Shown here: piece after piece, positions 25,459 through 36,578 of the stretch | How the letters are laid out: every line of letters begins with the position of its first letter | Numbering within the stretch: position 1 is the stretch's first letter | From: Eledone cirrhosa | Taxonomy: Eukaryota | Assembly: GCA_964016885.1 (NCBI GenBank) | Contig: OZ024741.1 | Location: 269,080,001-269,144,000 of the forward strand | Length of the DNA stretch: 64,000 bases | Direction of reading: 5' to 3' | The notes under the pieces: model-generated | Told to the model about the DNA's origin: nothing | The model's input: the letters and a program-made list of their open reading frames with translations, nothing else | Database searches by the model: none | Translations under genes and position numbers: made by a program

Positions 25459-28400
25459 CTTTGAGTCTCAGTCATTGATGTTAGTTAACTGGAAAGTTTG
25501 TTGAAATGAATATCAAGCCACTACCTGCAGCCTCAGATATACAGGACGTATCGGAGGGTTCTTGCTGTTCCCAGCAAGCATGCCTTTTGAAGCGTTCCAA
25601 AAAGCGTGAAGGGGCCAATTTTCTTTAACCATCCCTGGAAACTTTTTGAGATAGTACCTAGTGCGCCTATGACAATCGGGACCACTTTGACTTCATGGCA
25701 GTTCCAAATCCTTTTTACCGCCCACTTTAAGTCCTGGTATCGGTTAATTTTCTCCCTCTCCTTCTCTTGCACTCTCGTGTCGAATGGGCAGGCCACATCC
25801 ACAATCAGGCACGATCTTTTTTCTTTGTCCACAACCACCAGGTCAGGTCTATTATGTTCCAGTTTCTTTTCCGTCTGTATCCTAAAATCCCACAGCACCT
25901 TCACCTGATCGTTTTCTATCACCGACTCTGGCTTATGTTCATACCACTTCTCAGAATGTGGTAAATTGTTTACTTTGCATATGTGCCAGTGGATCACCTT
26001 GCCCATCACATCATGTCTCCAGCCCTTATAGTGAGTCTGGGCTAGGTGTTTACACTCGGATACAATGTGAGCCACAGTCTCCTCTCTCTCTCTCTCCACA
26101 GATCCTGCACAGTGGGCTAGCCTCCTCCTTGTAAATATGGTGTTTCAACCACTTCGTTTTGAGGGCCTGCTCCTGCGCAGCCATTAACATTCCTTCTGTA
26201 GCCTTTTTAAGGTCTCCTCTTTTCAACCAGTTCCATGTCTGTGGATCTCTGAATTCAGTTTTCTCAAAGAAGGTACTATGAAGGGATTTTTCCTGAAGGC
26301 TGCTCTTTCTCCTTGATGTTATTTCCTCCTTGGACATCCCCTGGTCTATTGTCCCCTCCTTCAGTACAGTTCTGAGCATTGGCTCCTTACTATCAGTCAC
26401 GTATTTGTGTAGGTTGTTTTTCTCCATCTGAACACAGTCCTCTATGCTGATAAGACCTCTTCCACCTTCAGATCTCCTTAAGTAGAGTCTATCGACATCA
26501 CTCCTCTTGTGGAACATGTTGTAGATAGTCAATAGCTTCCTAGTCTTCCTATCCATTTCTTTTTGTTCAGCAACATTCCATCTCAGAATTCCCGCACTGT
26601 ACCTAATAATAGACACAGCTCGGGAATTTACTGCACTTATGGCATTCCTACTGTTCAGATGTGACTTTAATACGCTCCTTACTCTCCGAATGTATTCAGT
26701 TCTTATCAATTCCTTTATTTTTTTGTTCTTGATGTCATCAGCCTCCAGAACACCCAAATACTTGTATCCTTCTTCAGAGTCAATTTCCTTTATCATCTCA
26801 CCTGTTGGTACCTGGATTCCGTTACTTCTGCTCAATTTACCCCTCTTCATCACAAGGACTCCACACTTACTAATACCAAATTGCATACATATATCATTGC
26901 TGAAAATACGGACAGTGTCAACAAGCACATCCAACTCCTTCTCACTCTTCCCGAAAAGCTTAAGATCGTCCATGAAGAGGAGGTGATTGATGGTAAGCCC
27001 TCCCTTTCCCAACCCGTATCCTGCTATCACTTTTCGCAGTACACTGGTCAGGGGCATCAGGGCAAGGACAAACAACAGAGGGGACAGACTATCTCCCTGG
27101 AAGATACCTCTCTTGATCTTCACGCTTTCCAAGGATTCTCCAGTTGATGTTAGCTCTGTTTGCCAGGACTTCATACTTTTGCCCAACAACTGTCTGATGT
27201 TATATGCCACCTTGAAGATCTCCAGGCTTTTGGTGATCCAAGAATGAGGCACCATGTCAAATGCCTTTTTGTAGTCTGTCCATCCCATGGCAAGACCAGT
27301 GTGTCTCCTCTTGCAATTCCTCATTACCATCTTATCAATAAGTAACTGGTCCTTTGTACCACGTGACTTCTTTCGGCATCCTTTCTGTTCGTCCGGTAAC
27401 AATTTGTTTGTGTGGAGGTGATGGTAGATTTCCTCAGACATAATGCTTGTCAACAGTTTCCACATTACGGACAGACATGTGTTAGGTCTATAGTTGGTAA
27501 CATAATTACCCTTGATTCGGTCTTTCATTATCAGAACTGTGGTACCTTTTGTCAACCACTCTGGTACATCACCTGACATCAAGCAGTCATTGAACATGGT
27601 TGTCAGTTTCGGGTGGAGGGATGTTATATTTTCAATCCAATACCCCTGCACACCATCTGTGCCTGGCGTTCCAGTTGGTTAGTTTTTTGGCCTGCCCCTT
27701 AAGAGTTTCAACTGTGATAATCAAATCAGTTTGTTGGTGTGCCTGTTCACTAATCTCCTTCTGTACTGTCTCAATCCACACAGCTTGGTCATTATGTTTA
27801 ACATCCTGCTCCCATATTCCTCTCCAGAATGTTTTAGTTTGTTCCGCCTCAGGGATCAAGTCGTTGCCTCTTTCTTTCCCTTCAAGCTGTCCAAACAGCA
27901 TCTTCTGGTTGTTGTCGAACATGCGGTTCTGTCTATACTGACTGACTCTGTTCTCGTATCGCCTGATTTTTGCACTCTTTACTACAATGCGTTGCTTCAG
28001 TTCCTCTATGATAATATTTAGCTTTTTCCTCCTAGTTTTTGTACTTTATTTCCAGTCTATTTTTAGTGTCTATGTTTTTTAGTGTCCCATTCAGTAGGGA
28101 CTCAAGCTTTCCAATGTCATTTCTCATTTCCCTGGTTTGACCACTCAGTCGTTTCTTCCACCAAGGCTCTGATCTTTCTTGTTTGTTGTTTCCTCTCGCT
28201 TTTATACCAAGTAGTTTCCTCACCGTATTTGCTGTTGCTTTGAGGATATTGTTGCACTGGTGAAGGCTCCTCGCCTCAAGGTATGGGATGACTTTGTTTA
28301 CCTTAGCTGTTGTTTCTTTTAACTTTTTCCTGTCTACAAATCTTAGGTTCATAGGTTTCCCACTATCATTGTTCAATCCATCTACCACTATGTTTAGGAT

Positions 28401-29075
28401 ATCAACCAAATCTTGTCCTAGCCCGTCAGCATTCATCTCCTCAGTGGCCGTATCTCTGTTCCAGGTATTATTTATCTCAGCATTCAGATCATTGTCTGCT
28501 TCGGGTGGTTCCTCGGTTTTCTCGACCTCCTCACCTTCATTTCCCACTGGCTCGTTTGCCTGGTATACTCCACTCTCCATCTCCAAGCTAATCTCTCTGC
28601 TCAGTTCCTCCAGTTCCAGCTCGCTTATCCACCCATTAGTTCTTATTACCCGAGCCTGCCCGGCCAATTTTTGTTCATCTAATTTAAATAGACCAATCTC
28701 GTTCCAGATGTTATGCATCCGTTTCCTATAGCCTTTCTCCTTGGGGTTACTCTTCAGGTAACATTGCATAACAGTTCTATTCAATTCTTTCGTCCAGTTG
28801 GTTCTGGTCCCTTTCCTTCTTCTTCTTCCTCAGACACCAGCAGTATTTGGTTGACAGCCAGGTCCCTGCTGCTGAGCCAGGGAGCACCTGTTGGGTGAGA
28901 GTCTGTCACATGACATTCTAGTCTCCATTTCACCGTTATTCGAACTGTTTAGGTTCGACATTTAAACACTCTTATCGAGGATTGGCGAATGTATGGTTAC
29001 ATAACCACCGGTGATTTCATCACCTCCGGTAATTTCGTCACTCCCGGTGATTTTTGTGTGGCATTATCACGCTGT
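25459..29075 (-). mobile_element. R4/Dong-like RLE non-LTR retrotransposon, family 2, near full-length, frameshifted
   Basis: N-terminus VMQCYLKSNPKEKGYRKRMHNIW; EPWWKKRL; GIFQGDSLSPLLF, LFMDDLKL, CRIC, NRPDLVV...DVACP. ORF ~28961 to 25533. Confidence 0.9.
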
Positions 29076-30362
29076 AGACGAACATAAATAAACAAACAAA
29101 CAAACAGGCAAAAAAAAACCAAAAAATGAATAAGCATAAGTTTCATTGTAATGTAATGTTTGAATGTCTGACTTAGTTTTTCCCTTCCCTTCTCTGTCCG
29201 TCTGTTTGTTTTTCTCTTCATTTTTCTTTTCTTTACGTTTTTCGTTGTTGCTGTGCTGCTATGATTTTGATTTTTGGCTTTTTGATTTTGACCGGGTCAT
29301 CAATTCAGTCTATTTATATATTTTGATGCCTTCCTCTTTTAGTGGGGGCACTACGATGTAGCAGGGGCTAGTGGGAGAGAATAGCGGTGGCAGCGATAAT
29401 GAGGCAGTGGCGGTGGTGGTGGTGGTGGTGGTGGTGGCGGTGCTGTGCTAGTAGTACCTAGCAGGAGGCAGTGGGAGAGAATAGCGGCGGCAGCGATAAT
29501 GAGGCAGTGGCGGTGGTGATGTGATCGTAGTACTGTAGCGATGGTGTTGAAGTTGGAGTAGAAATAGCGGCCGAGGCAACTTGACCAGAGTTTTTAGCGT
29601 GGTAGTGGCGGCGGTGTTGGTGGTGAAATTATCTTTAGCTATTTAGTCATTTTGCCATTTTTCTCCTTTTCGACTCTAACATTCCTGATCCAAAATTAAA
29701 TATTAATATTGTTTATTAACATTGTCTAGTGATACCGCCACCTTCCCCTTTCGTAAGTTAACAGAAGGTAATGGGGAAATAGCGGTGGCAGCAATGAAGG
29801 AGTGGCGGCGGCGGCGATGGGATAGTGGTAGCAGTGATGGATGGGTGGTGGCGGCGGTGACTGTAGTGATGGCGTTGTCGTTACTGAGTTTTGTTGAATA
29901 GACTGTAGTTTTGTTTGATCGGTGAATCTATGCGGTTAGTCGCGTATATGTGTTGACATATTCCTTAATATTGGAATTAAACATTTTGTGAAAACTTGAG
30001 ACAATAGTAATAGTAATTATAATTATTATGCTGGGATTGACGGTGGTGGTGGTGAAATTGCCGTTATCTGGCTGTTGTATTTAGTGTACACAGAGGAGTG
30101 ATGGGGTAGGTGGTGTATCTAGTTTGTGGTGTTGGTGAAATTGCTGTCATTTGGCTGTTCTATATAGTGTAGACAGAGGGGGTTTTCTTCCATTTATAAC
30201 CATATTCTTTTTTTGAATGTAAAATGTATATTACAAAATTGAATATTTGAGCGATATAACAATATATTATGGATCCGAATTTTCCTGAGACTTGAGTCTG
30301 GTGCTTATGCATCATTTGTACTAAGAATTGTTATTTCACAATAAATCATTATTATTATTATT

Positions 30363-31344
30363 GGCACCTGGAATGTTGCCATGCACTCACTACCCTCTAC
30401 CAAGCGGGCAATGCGATCAGTGGAACTTCCACTCTCGAGTTCTATAGAGGATTAGTGGTGGGCAAGTGCGATGACGCACTCGGAGAAGCTTTGGGCCTCG
30501 ACGAAGTCGAACTGACCAGTCTGTACCGGAGGACTTTTGAGCCGGGGACGAGGACAATTTTCAGAAATCCCTCGCTTGGCAGTGCTACCGGGGGGCACTC
30601 CCGGTTCGGGATAAACTCTACAGGCACGGAAGTGCTGTCAGACGGACCTGCCCAAGATGCGCACAGAACGACGAAACCGTTCTGCACGCACTTGTCCAAT
30701 GTCCCTGCATTACTGACTTGTGGAGTTATGTCGAACAGCTACTGTCGCGTGTGGAACGAATCCGGCTATCGGCCGAGTCCATAGTGAAGATCGATCCACC
30801 GCCTTCCTTAGGTCAGGAAGAGCAGGAAACTTTCCTCTGTCTGGTGGCAGTTGCGAAAGAGATTATATGGTGGACCAGGTTGAAAGGACTAAAGACAGAC
30901 ACTTTTCTCTTCGGCCAATCCCTCATCAACTTCTTCAAGTTTCACCTGGAAAGGAAGGTGAGGGTGGAGAGAAAAGTGCTGCCCCCCAGTACATTTGCTA
31001 AAAGGTGGGTGAATGTGGCGAGAATGGCTCGTGTGAATGGGCCTACTCTGACCATGCGCCTATAGGCTAGCTAACTTGAGGAGAGGGGTGCTCTCCCTGG
31101 GTGCCCTAGAAGCGCAGGGTGGTTCAGGATTGGTGGGGTACCTGAAGCACCCCAGGGTCGTACACCCCCTATCGGGGAATTTATTTTGTTATATTTATGC
31201 ATAGTTTATTTTATATTTTTATATTTTCATTGTTAAATTAGTCTTGCCATTGTGCACTTTTACTCCACCTTATTGTAAACCCCACTGTCCCTGTCTTTGT
31301 ATTGTCCCCCTACATGTCGGCACTGGTGGCTAATAAATGAAATC
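30363..31344 (+). mobile_element. 5'-truncated Tx1-like LINE, family A (copy A2)
   Basis: Near-identical to 8434-9416. Preceded by (ATT)5 and followed by a long (ATC/ATT)n run. Confidence 0.93.
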
Positions 31345-31348
31345 ATCA

Positions 31349-31413
<65 letters not shown>

Positions 31414-31415
<2 letters not shown>

Positions 31416-31546
31416 CCCACTTATTCCTGAGAGGGTCGGGGGAACAGAATCCTCGAACACTCATTCCATTGGGTCCTGTCAGGAGTAACCCTCTCTAATT
31501 GATCCGGCTGGATCCCCAAGCGAGACCAGTCAACCTCATGGATGTT
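31414..31546 (-). mobile_element. 3' tip of RTE-clade LINE
   Basis: Homologous to 45780-45917 and 58337-58480 (WSRLGIQPDQLE...RPSQE*, TAAGTGGGTGA). Confidence 0.8.
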
Positions 31547-34500
31547 AATCCCCTTGTTCGGATCCTTTCTCAGCAGCTCCACAGCTCCTCGGCTCACAAA
31601 GCTGGGAATTCTCCCGTTCTGTTGCCAGTTGCAGTAGACGTCCGCCAAGAGGGATCCGAACAAGTCTGACATTTGTACGTAAAGTTCGTCGGGCAGACCA
31701 TCCAAACCAGGTGATTTACCCCTTGTGCAGCCAGTCATTGCCTCCCGTACAAAGCGTTTGTTATCGGCTTTTCGCAACACTCCGCCTCAGTGCCCCCGAA
31801 CAGCTGAGTGAAGTGTCGCTGAAAAGCTTCTCACATTTGCCCGGCATCGAGTAGCATGCGCCCGTCGTGGTCCACCAAAGACCGGATCGTGGCTTTGTTG
31901 CCACGACGCGCCTCCGCCACTCGGGCCCATTGAACGGCTTTCGTCCCCTCGTGTCTGAGAGCAAGCACCCTAGCTCTGACAACGCAGCCTTCGTGCTTTG
32001 CATTGAAGAATTGGTCAAGGACCAATTTCGCCGCAAGTACGTCTGTCGCGGTGCCTTTACTAAGCGCCTCGTCTAATTTTCTAACTAGTTCTCTCTCTGC
32101 CCTATTTTTCTCTATTGCTAAAGCCTTACTAAACCTAATGGACCCTATTCTAATCGCTCTTTTCAGAGCAAACCACCATTTGTTGTTGGCGATGGCCCTC
32201 GTCAACGCCCGCTTAACTAGTTCGCTAATCCGGTCTCTATAGGCCTTGCGCGCTGTTAATGACGCGTTTAGCTTCCAGTAGCCGTCTCCCTGTCTATGAA
32301 GCCTATCTAAGTCAAAGTCACAGATCACGAATTTGTGGTCCGTGTAATCGACTATTTTGAAATGTGGACAGCCTATGCTAGACCTATCTATTTCCCTACA
32401 AAATACCCTATCTAGATATGATCTGGATGACCCGATACGGTTTGTCCATGTCCACATTGGCACATTCGGGAAATCCAGACGGTACCTGTCAGACAGTTGA
32501 AACCGTCTGAGCAGGTTTTCGAGGCTTTTACACCCTCCTCTCCTATCCGCTAATCCCAGACAGTCCCAGCGTGCATCTAAGATCCCGTTCCAGTCGCCCA
32601 CTAACACTAAAGAGCGGGATGTTCCAAGAAAGGTCTCCAGACGCCGGAAGAAATCAGGCCGCCCTGCTCCTGTCGGGGCATAGACGGTCACTAGCCTGAA
32701 AGCTTGCCCGTCTCCGCTGGTCACGTCCAGCTACACCAACTTACCTTCTGGGTCCAGGAAGATGGCCCGTATGGCGAGATCCGAACCTCTCCGAAAAAGC
32801 ACAGCAACTCCCCCCCACCCCCTCCGATCCAGGACGGCTGGGAGATGCGTACACATCGTAGCCGCCGAAGATCGGTGCGAAGGCTCGTGTTTCGGAGATT
32901 CTGGTCTCGCTGATGGCCACCACATCTATGTTTAGTGACCTGAGGTCGTTGAGCAGGTGGCCCTGCTTCCATGACGCGCATTTATGCTGCCTATTCTGAG
33001 TGAGGTCATGTTGAAACGGAGTGGAAAAAGAAAGGAAAGACCACTTACCTCACTTCTCGTAGAGGAAGGATAGTTTGTCCATCCTTTTCACTGCTTGTGG
33101 CCTCCTCCGGAAGGATGTCCTTATAAATCCTCCTGGAGAGTGTTTGTCGGAAGTCTCCGATAACCTTGGAGAATTTTTGTTTTAGTGTTGTGTACGTTTT
33201 CTGTGTGATGCGAGTGATTTGTATGTGTGGAGGTGGTGTGAACTTTTGGGTTGTTGTGTAGTCTTTTTCTGTGATGCTGGTGTTGTGTTGGATGTAGTGT
33301 AATAATTGGTTGTTGTTCAAATTTAATGCTGTGTAGTGTGTATCGTTTTTGTTGTTTTGTTTTGTTTGCGTTTGTTGTGGGTTTGTTTCTGTTACGCTTT
33401 TTGGTGATTTTTGTGGTGTTGGTGATGGTGGTTGTGGTGTTAATGATGGTGATGGTGTTGGTGTTTGTGGTGATGGGGCTGGTGATGCTGGTGTGGGTGG
33501 TTCCATAGCTGTCTTGAATTGTTTGTTTGTTTGCTTATTTGTTTCTCCCTGCATTTTGGTTTTGGAGGGTGGAGGAAGAGGATATTTTCTTTTTGGGGTT
33601 CTTTTTTTCTATTTCTTTTTTCCTGATATCATTTCCCACTCCTCCTCATCGTCATAATCTGTCTCCATTTGGGATAGGTCGGGGAGTGGAAAATCCTCCA
33701 TGGCGTTGGTTTGGGTTGTGGCGTGGTGGATGGTGGAGGCGCTGGTGCTAATTCTGGCGCGGTGGGTGGTGGGGGTGTTGTTGCTGCTACAGTTGTTGCT
33801 GCCATTTCTGCTGCTGGTAGTTTTGAAGGTTGAGTCACTGGAGTGGGTAGGGGAGGTGGCCTCAACTTTTTAGCCTGAGGGCTGAAAGCCTTTAGGTGGG
33901 TTCCTTCTCCACAAATGACACACCTAGGCCTTCTACCCTAACGATTACGGTGAGGTGGCTGCCGTCATTGAGGTCTATCACCTCTGGAATTTCCTCAATG
34001 TTCTTTTGGTCCGCTTGGATCAGGAGCTCCATCCCAGATCCGGACCAGTTCTCCTGCTTTACTTTTGTTACCTCAATTATTTTCGTGTTGGCCTCGATGC
34101 CGGCGAGGAAGGCAGCCATTAGCCAGGGAATTTCGATGGCCGGCGGAACCTGGGTCACCCTGATCTTCACGAGTCTCTGACCCTGTACCCATCTTTTTTT
34201 ACTATTCTCTTGGCTTCATTTAATTCATCCTGGCTTACCTCGATTGTTTCGCTTTTCTTGGCTGCTTTGGCAAACGACACATTTTGTTTTGCGCTGGTGT
34301 TGATGTTGTTGTTGTTATTCTCATTGTTGTTGTTGTTACTGTTGTTGTTATTGTTATTTTTGTTATTGTTATTTTTAGTTTCAGTTGTGGTGGAGGTCGT
34401 GGTGGTGATGTCAGTGGTGTTCGGCGTGGAAGAGTCGATTCTAGGTGAATCCATTTCGATGTCACGAGATAACATTTTTTTCTGTTGTCGCTGTGGTGGT

Positions 34501-34904
34501 GGTGGGGGTGGCGGCTTTAACACCTGCAGTTATTGGTAATGGCGGGAAATCCATGTCTGTATGCGGCAAATTTAAATAATTGAGACTGCTATTAATTATA
34601 TTTTCAGTGTTGGCAACCGTGGCAAGCTTTACAATGGTGGTGATGGTGGGGGGGGGGGGTCTGTTTAAAAACAGGAGATTTGTCGTCCATGTTTTTTTTT
34701 CAAAGAAATATTTTGTTTGATAAATAAAAGTTTAAATTTTGGGCTCAAGGCCCCAATATTATTTAGTGTCCTTTTCAGAAAGCAATATATGTGAACTTAT
34801 AAACACTTAACGACAAAAATGTTCCATAACAGGCAATTTGAAACAACTGAAAACAACAAACCTTTGCGGAGCTCACGACAATACGATTTCCTACGTAGGT
34901 CGCC
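31547..34904 (-). mobile_element. Tx1-like LINE copy D (5' UTR, ORF1, APE and start of RT), 3' half missing
   Basis: Starts with GG after (ATT)n on the minus strand. ORF1 runs from ATG 34690 with CVICGEGTHLKAF. ORF2 runs from ATG 33009 and is nearly identical to copy C. Confidence 0.9.
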
Positions 34905-34988
34905 AATAATAATAATAATAATTGTTTCTACTTTTGGCACAAGGCCAGTAATTACCCAGTACATTACTGGTACTTTATTTTATCGACC
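34905..34988 (-). mobile_element. 3' part of main SINE with ATT tail
   Basis: Reverse complement reads GGTCGATAAAATAAAGTACCAG...GGCCTTGTGCCAAAAGTAGAAACA(ATT)n. Confidence 0.85.
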
Positions 34989-35044
34989 TCGTTTGTTGTT
35001 TTCAGTTATAGAAAATGTTTGTTGTTAAGTGTTTATAAGTTCAC

Positions 35045-35708
35045 ATAATGTTTCTTTATTGACCACAAGGGCTAACATGAAGAAAAACATTAGAGACGGC
35101 ACAGAACAGTACAGACGATACAAAGTGGGTTTTGGTCGTGTAAACAGGTTATAACAAAATGCTGGTCGTTGAAGAAATCGGGTGGAGGTTAGAGGGAAAC
35201 TCTATTGTCGTTTCTCGACACCATGGCTCTTGCAACTGCCATCTCCTCCTCCGTGACTAGCACTGTCTCTATATTTCGGGCCACACCTGCGAAAGAAGTG
35301 GCCCCTTTTTCAGCGGCACCATTATTGCTGCCGCTACTGCTGCTACAGGCGCTACAGGTGTTGTTGTTGGTGCTGTTGCTGTTGCTACTGCTACAAACGG
35401 TGTTGTTGGTGTTGTTGCTGTTATTACTGTTGTAGGTGGTTGTGTTTTTGGTGCCACCGTTGTTGTTGTTTTCGGTGCAATTTGTATTGTTGCTGTTGGT
35501 GTCGTTGTTTATTTTCTTGTTAGTGGTGTTAATATCGTTGTTGAATGTGTTGTCATTTTTTTCTGTTGTCTGTATTTTGGTTGACGCTGTTATACACAGG
35601 GCAAAGTCTTCACACAACAAGAAATATTTAACAACTAATAATTTTAACAGGCAAATAAAGCGACTTACTGGGAGCGAGCAAAACGCCGATTAGACGTCCG
35701 ATTAGACC
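35045..35708 (-). mobile_element. Internally deleted Tx1 mini-element (copy E): 5' end + ORF1 N-terminus joined to 3' terminus
   Basis: GAAEKGATSFAGVARNIETVLVTEEEMAVARAM matches copy B ORF1. 35045-35145 matches the copy B 3' end (15246-15336). Confidence 0.82.
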
Positions 35709-35781
35709 AATAATAATAATGTGGATGATAATAATAAATAGGGAATAAAGAATCAGTATTGCATCATATACATATTTAATT

Positions 35782-35873
35782 ACATATTACATATGTTTCA
35801 TTGCCGATCAGCTCGAGGAACGATTGAATTATGTTTGTTCCTGACTCTGGAATAGGAATTTCCTCAGATATGT
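35782..35873 (-). ncRNA. Degenerate minimal hammerhead ribozyme with long stem II
   Basis: Minus strand reads ACATAT-CTGAGGA-(long stem II, imperfect base)-GAAAC-ATAT-GTA-ATATGT. Confidence 0.5.
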
Positions 35874-35991
35874 GTTTCTCACATGTAGACGCACGTCCAA
35901 ATGTTTCTGAATTGTTAAACACCCGATTCGATTTATATATATATATATCAATAATATTAATAAATGGAAGCTATCTTTATAAAACCATATT

Positions 35992-36052
35992 TATTTTATT
36001 ATATATATTTCAAGGGTACCAAAATTTTGGAACGCTCTCATCAGATAAAATA
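35992..36052 (-). ncRNA. Minimal type I hammerhead ribozyme (Penelope-type)
   Basis: Minus strand reads TATTTTAT-CTGATGA-GAGCGTTCCAAAATTTTGGTACCCTT-GAAAT-ATAT-ATA-ATAAAATA. Stem I is perfect; stem II has two mismatches. Confidence 0.72.
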
Positions 36053-36244
36053 CAAAAGTTGGTTTACAGATAGTGACATATTCAGACAAGAACTTAATGT
36101 TGTGAGTTCTATTTGAATAGTATTAATATTATTGATATTATACTCCAGAAGAATATTGTTGAGTGCTTCTAATCTGTTATAAATTAAATTGTTGAATAAT
36201 CAACAAATTAAATAACTCATTGCTTATATATATATATATATATA

Positions 36245-36578
36245 CAGTTGCCCGCGGGGCTTACGTTCCTAGAGCACTCGCGAAGAGTGAAAAACGGTGA
36301 ATATTGGATGAGGTGCATAAAAATGCCTATAAACATCAAAACAACGTAAAATAAAATATAGGACAGCAAATACAGTATAATGATATTAATAATTTAGCGT
36401 TAAAAAGCTTGGAAAAGATATATTGCCACGAAAAAGTCATTAAAATATCGCGGAAGATATTTACGTTTCTCCGAATATGCGGTGGTTTCTACAAACATTT
36501 ATTAGTTAGGTTCTAAGGAAAATTCCGCGAATATCCGGTGCTGCGAATGCCGGTACCGCGAATGTCGGGGCTACACTG
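36245..36578. mobile_element. Tigger/pogo-like MITE in a (TA)n run
   Basis: TA-CAGT...ACTG-TA ends. Subterminal (C)CGCGAA motifs. The left TIR is partly deleted. Confidence 0.65.

Noticed and set aside
25200-25504. ORFs extending through the copy C 3' UTR
   Set aside because: The ORF2 stop is mutated and the extension is T-rich UTR. Antisense ORFs over TE genes were rejected likewise.
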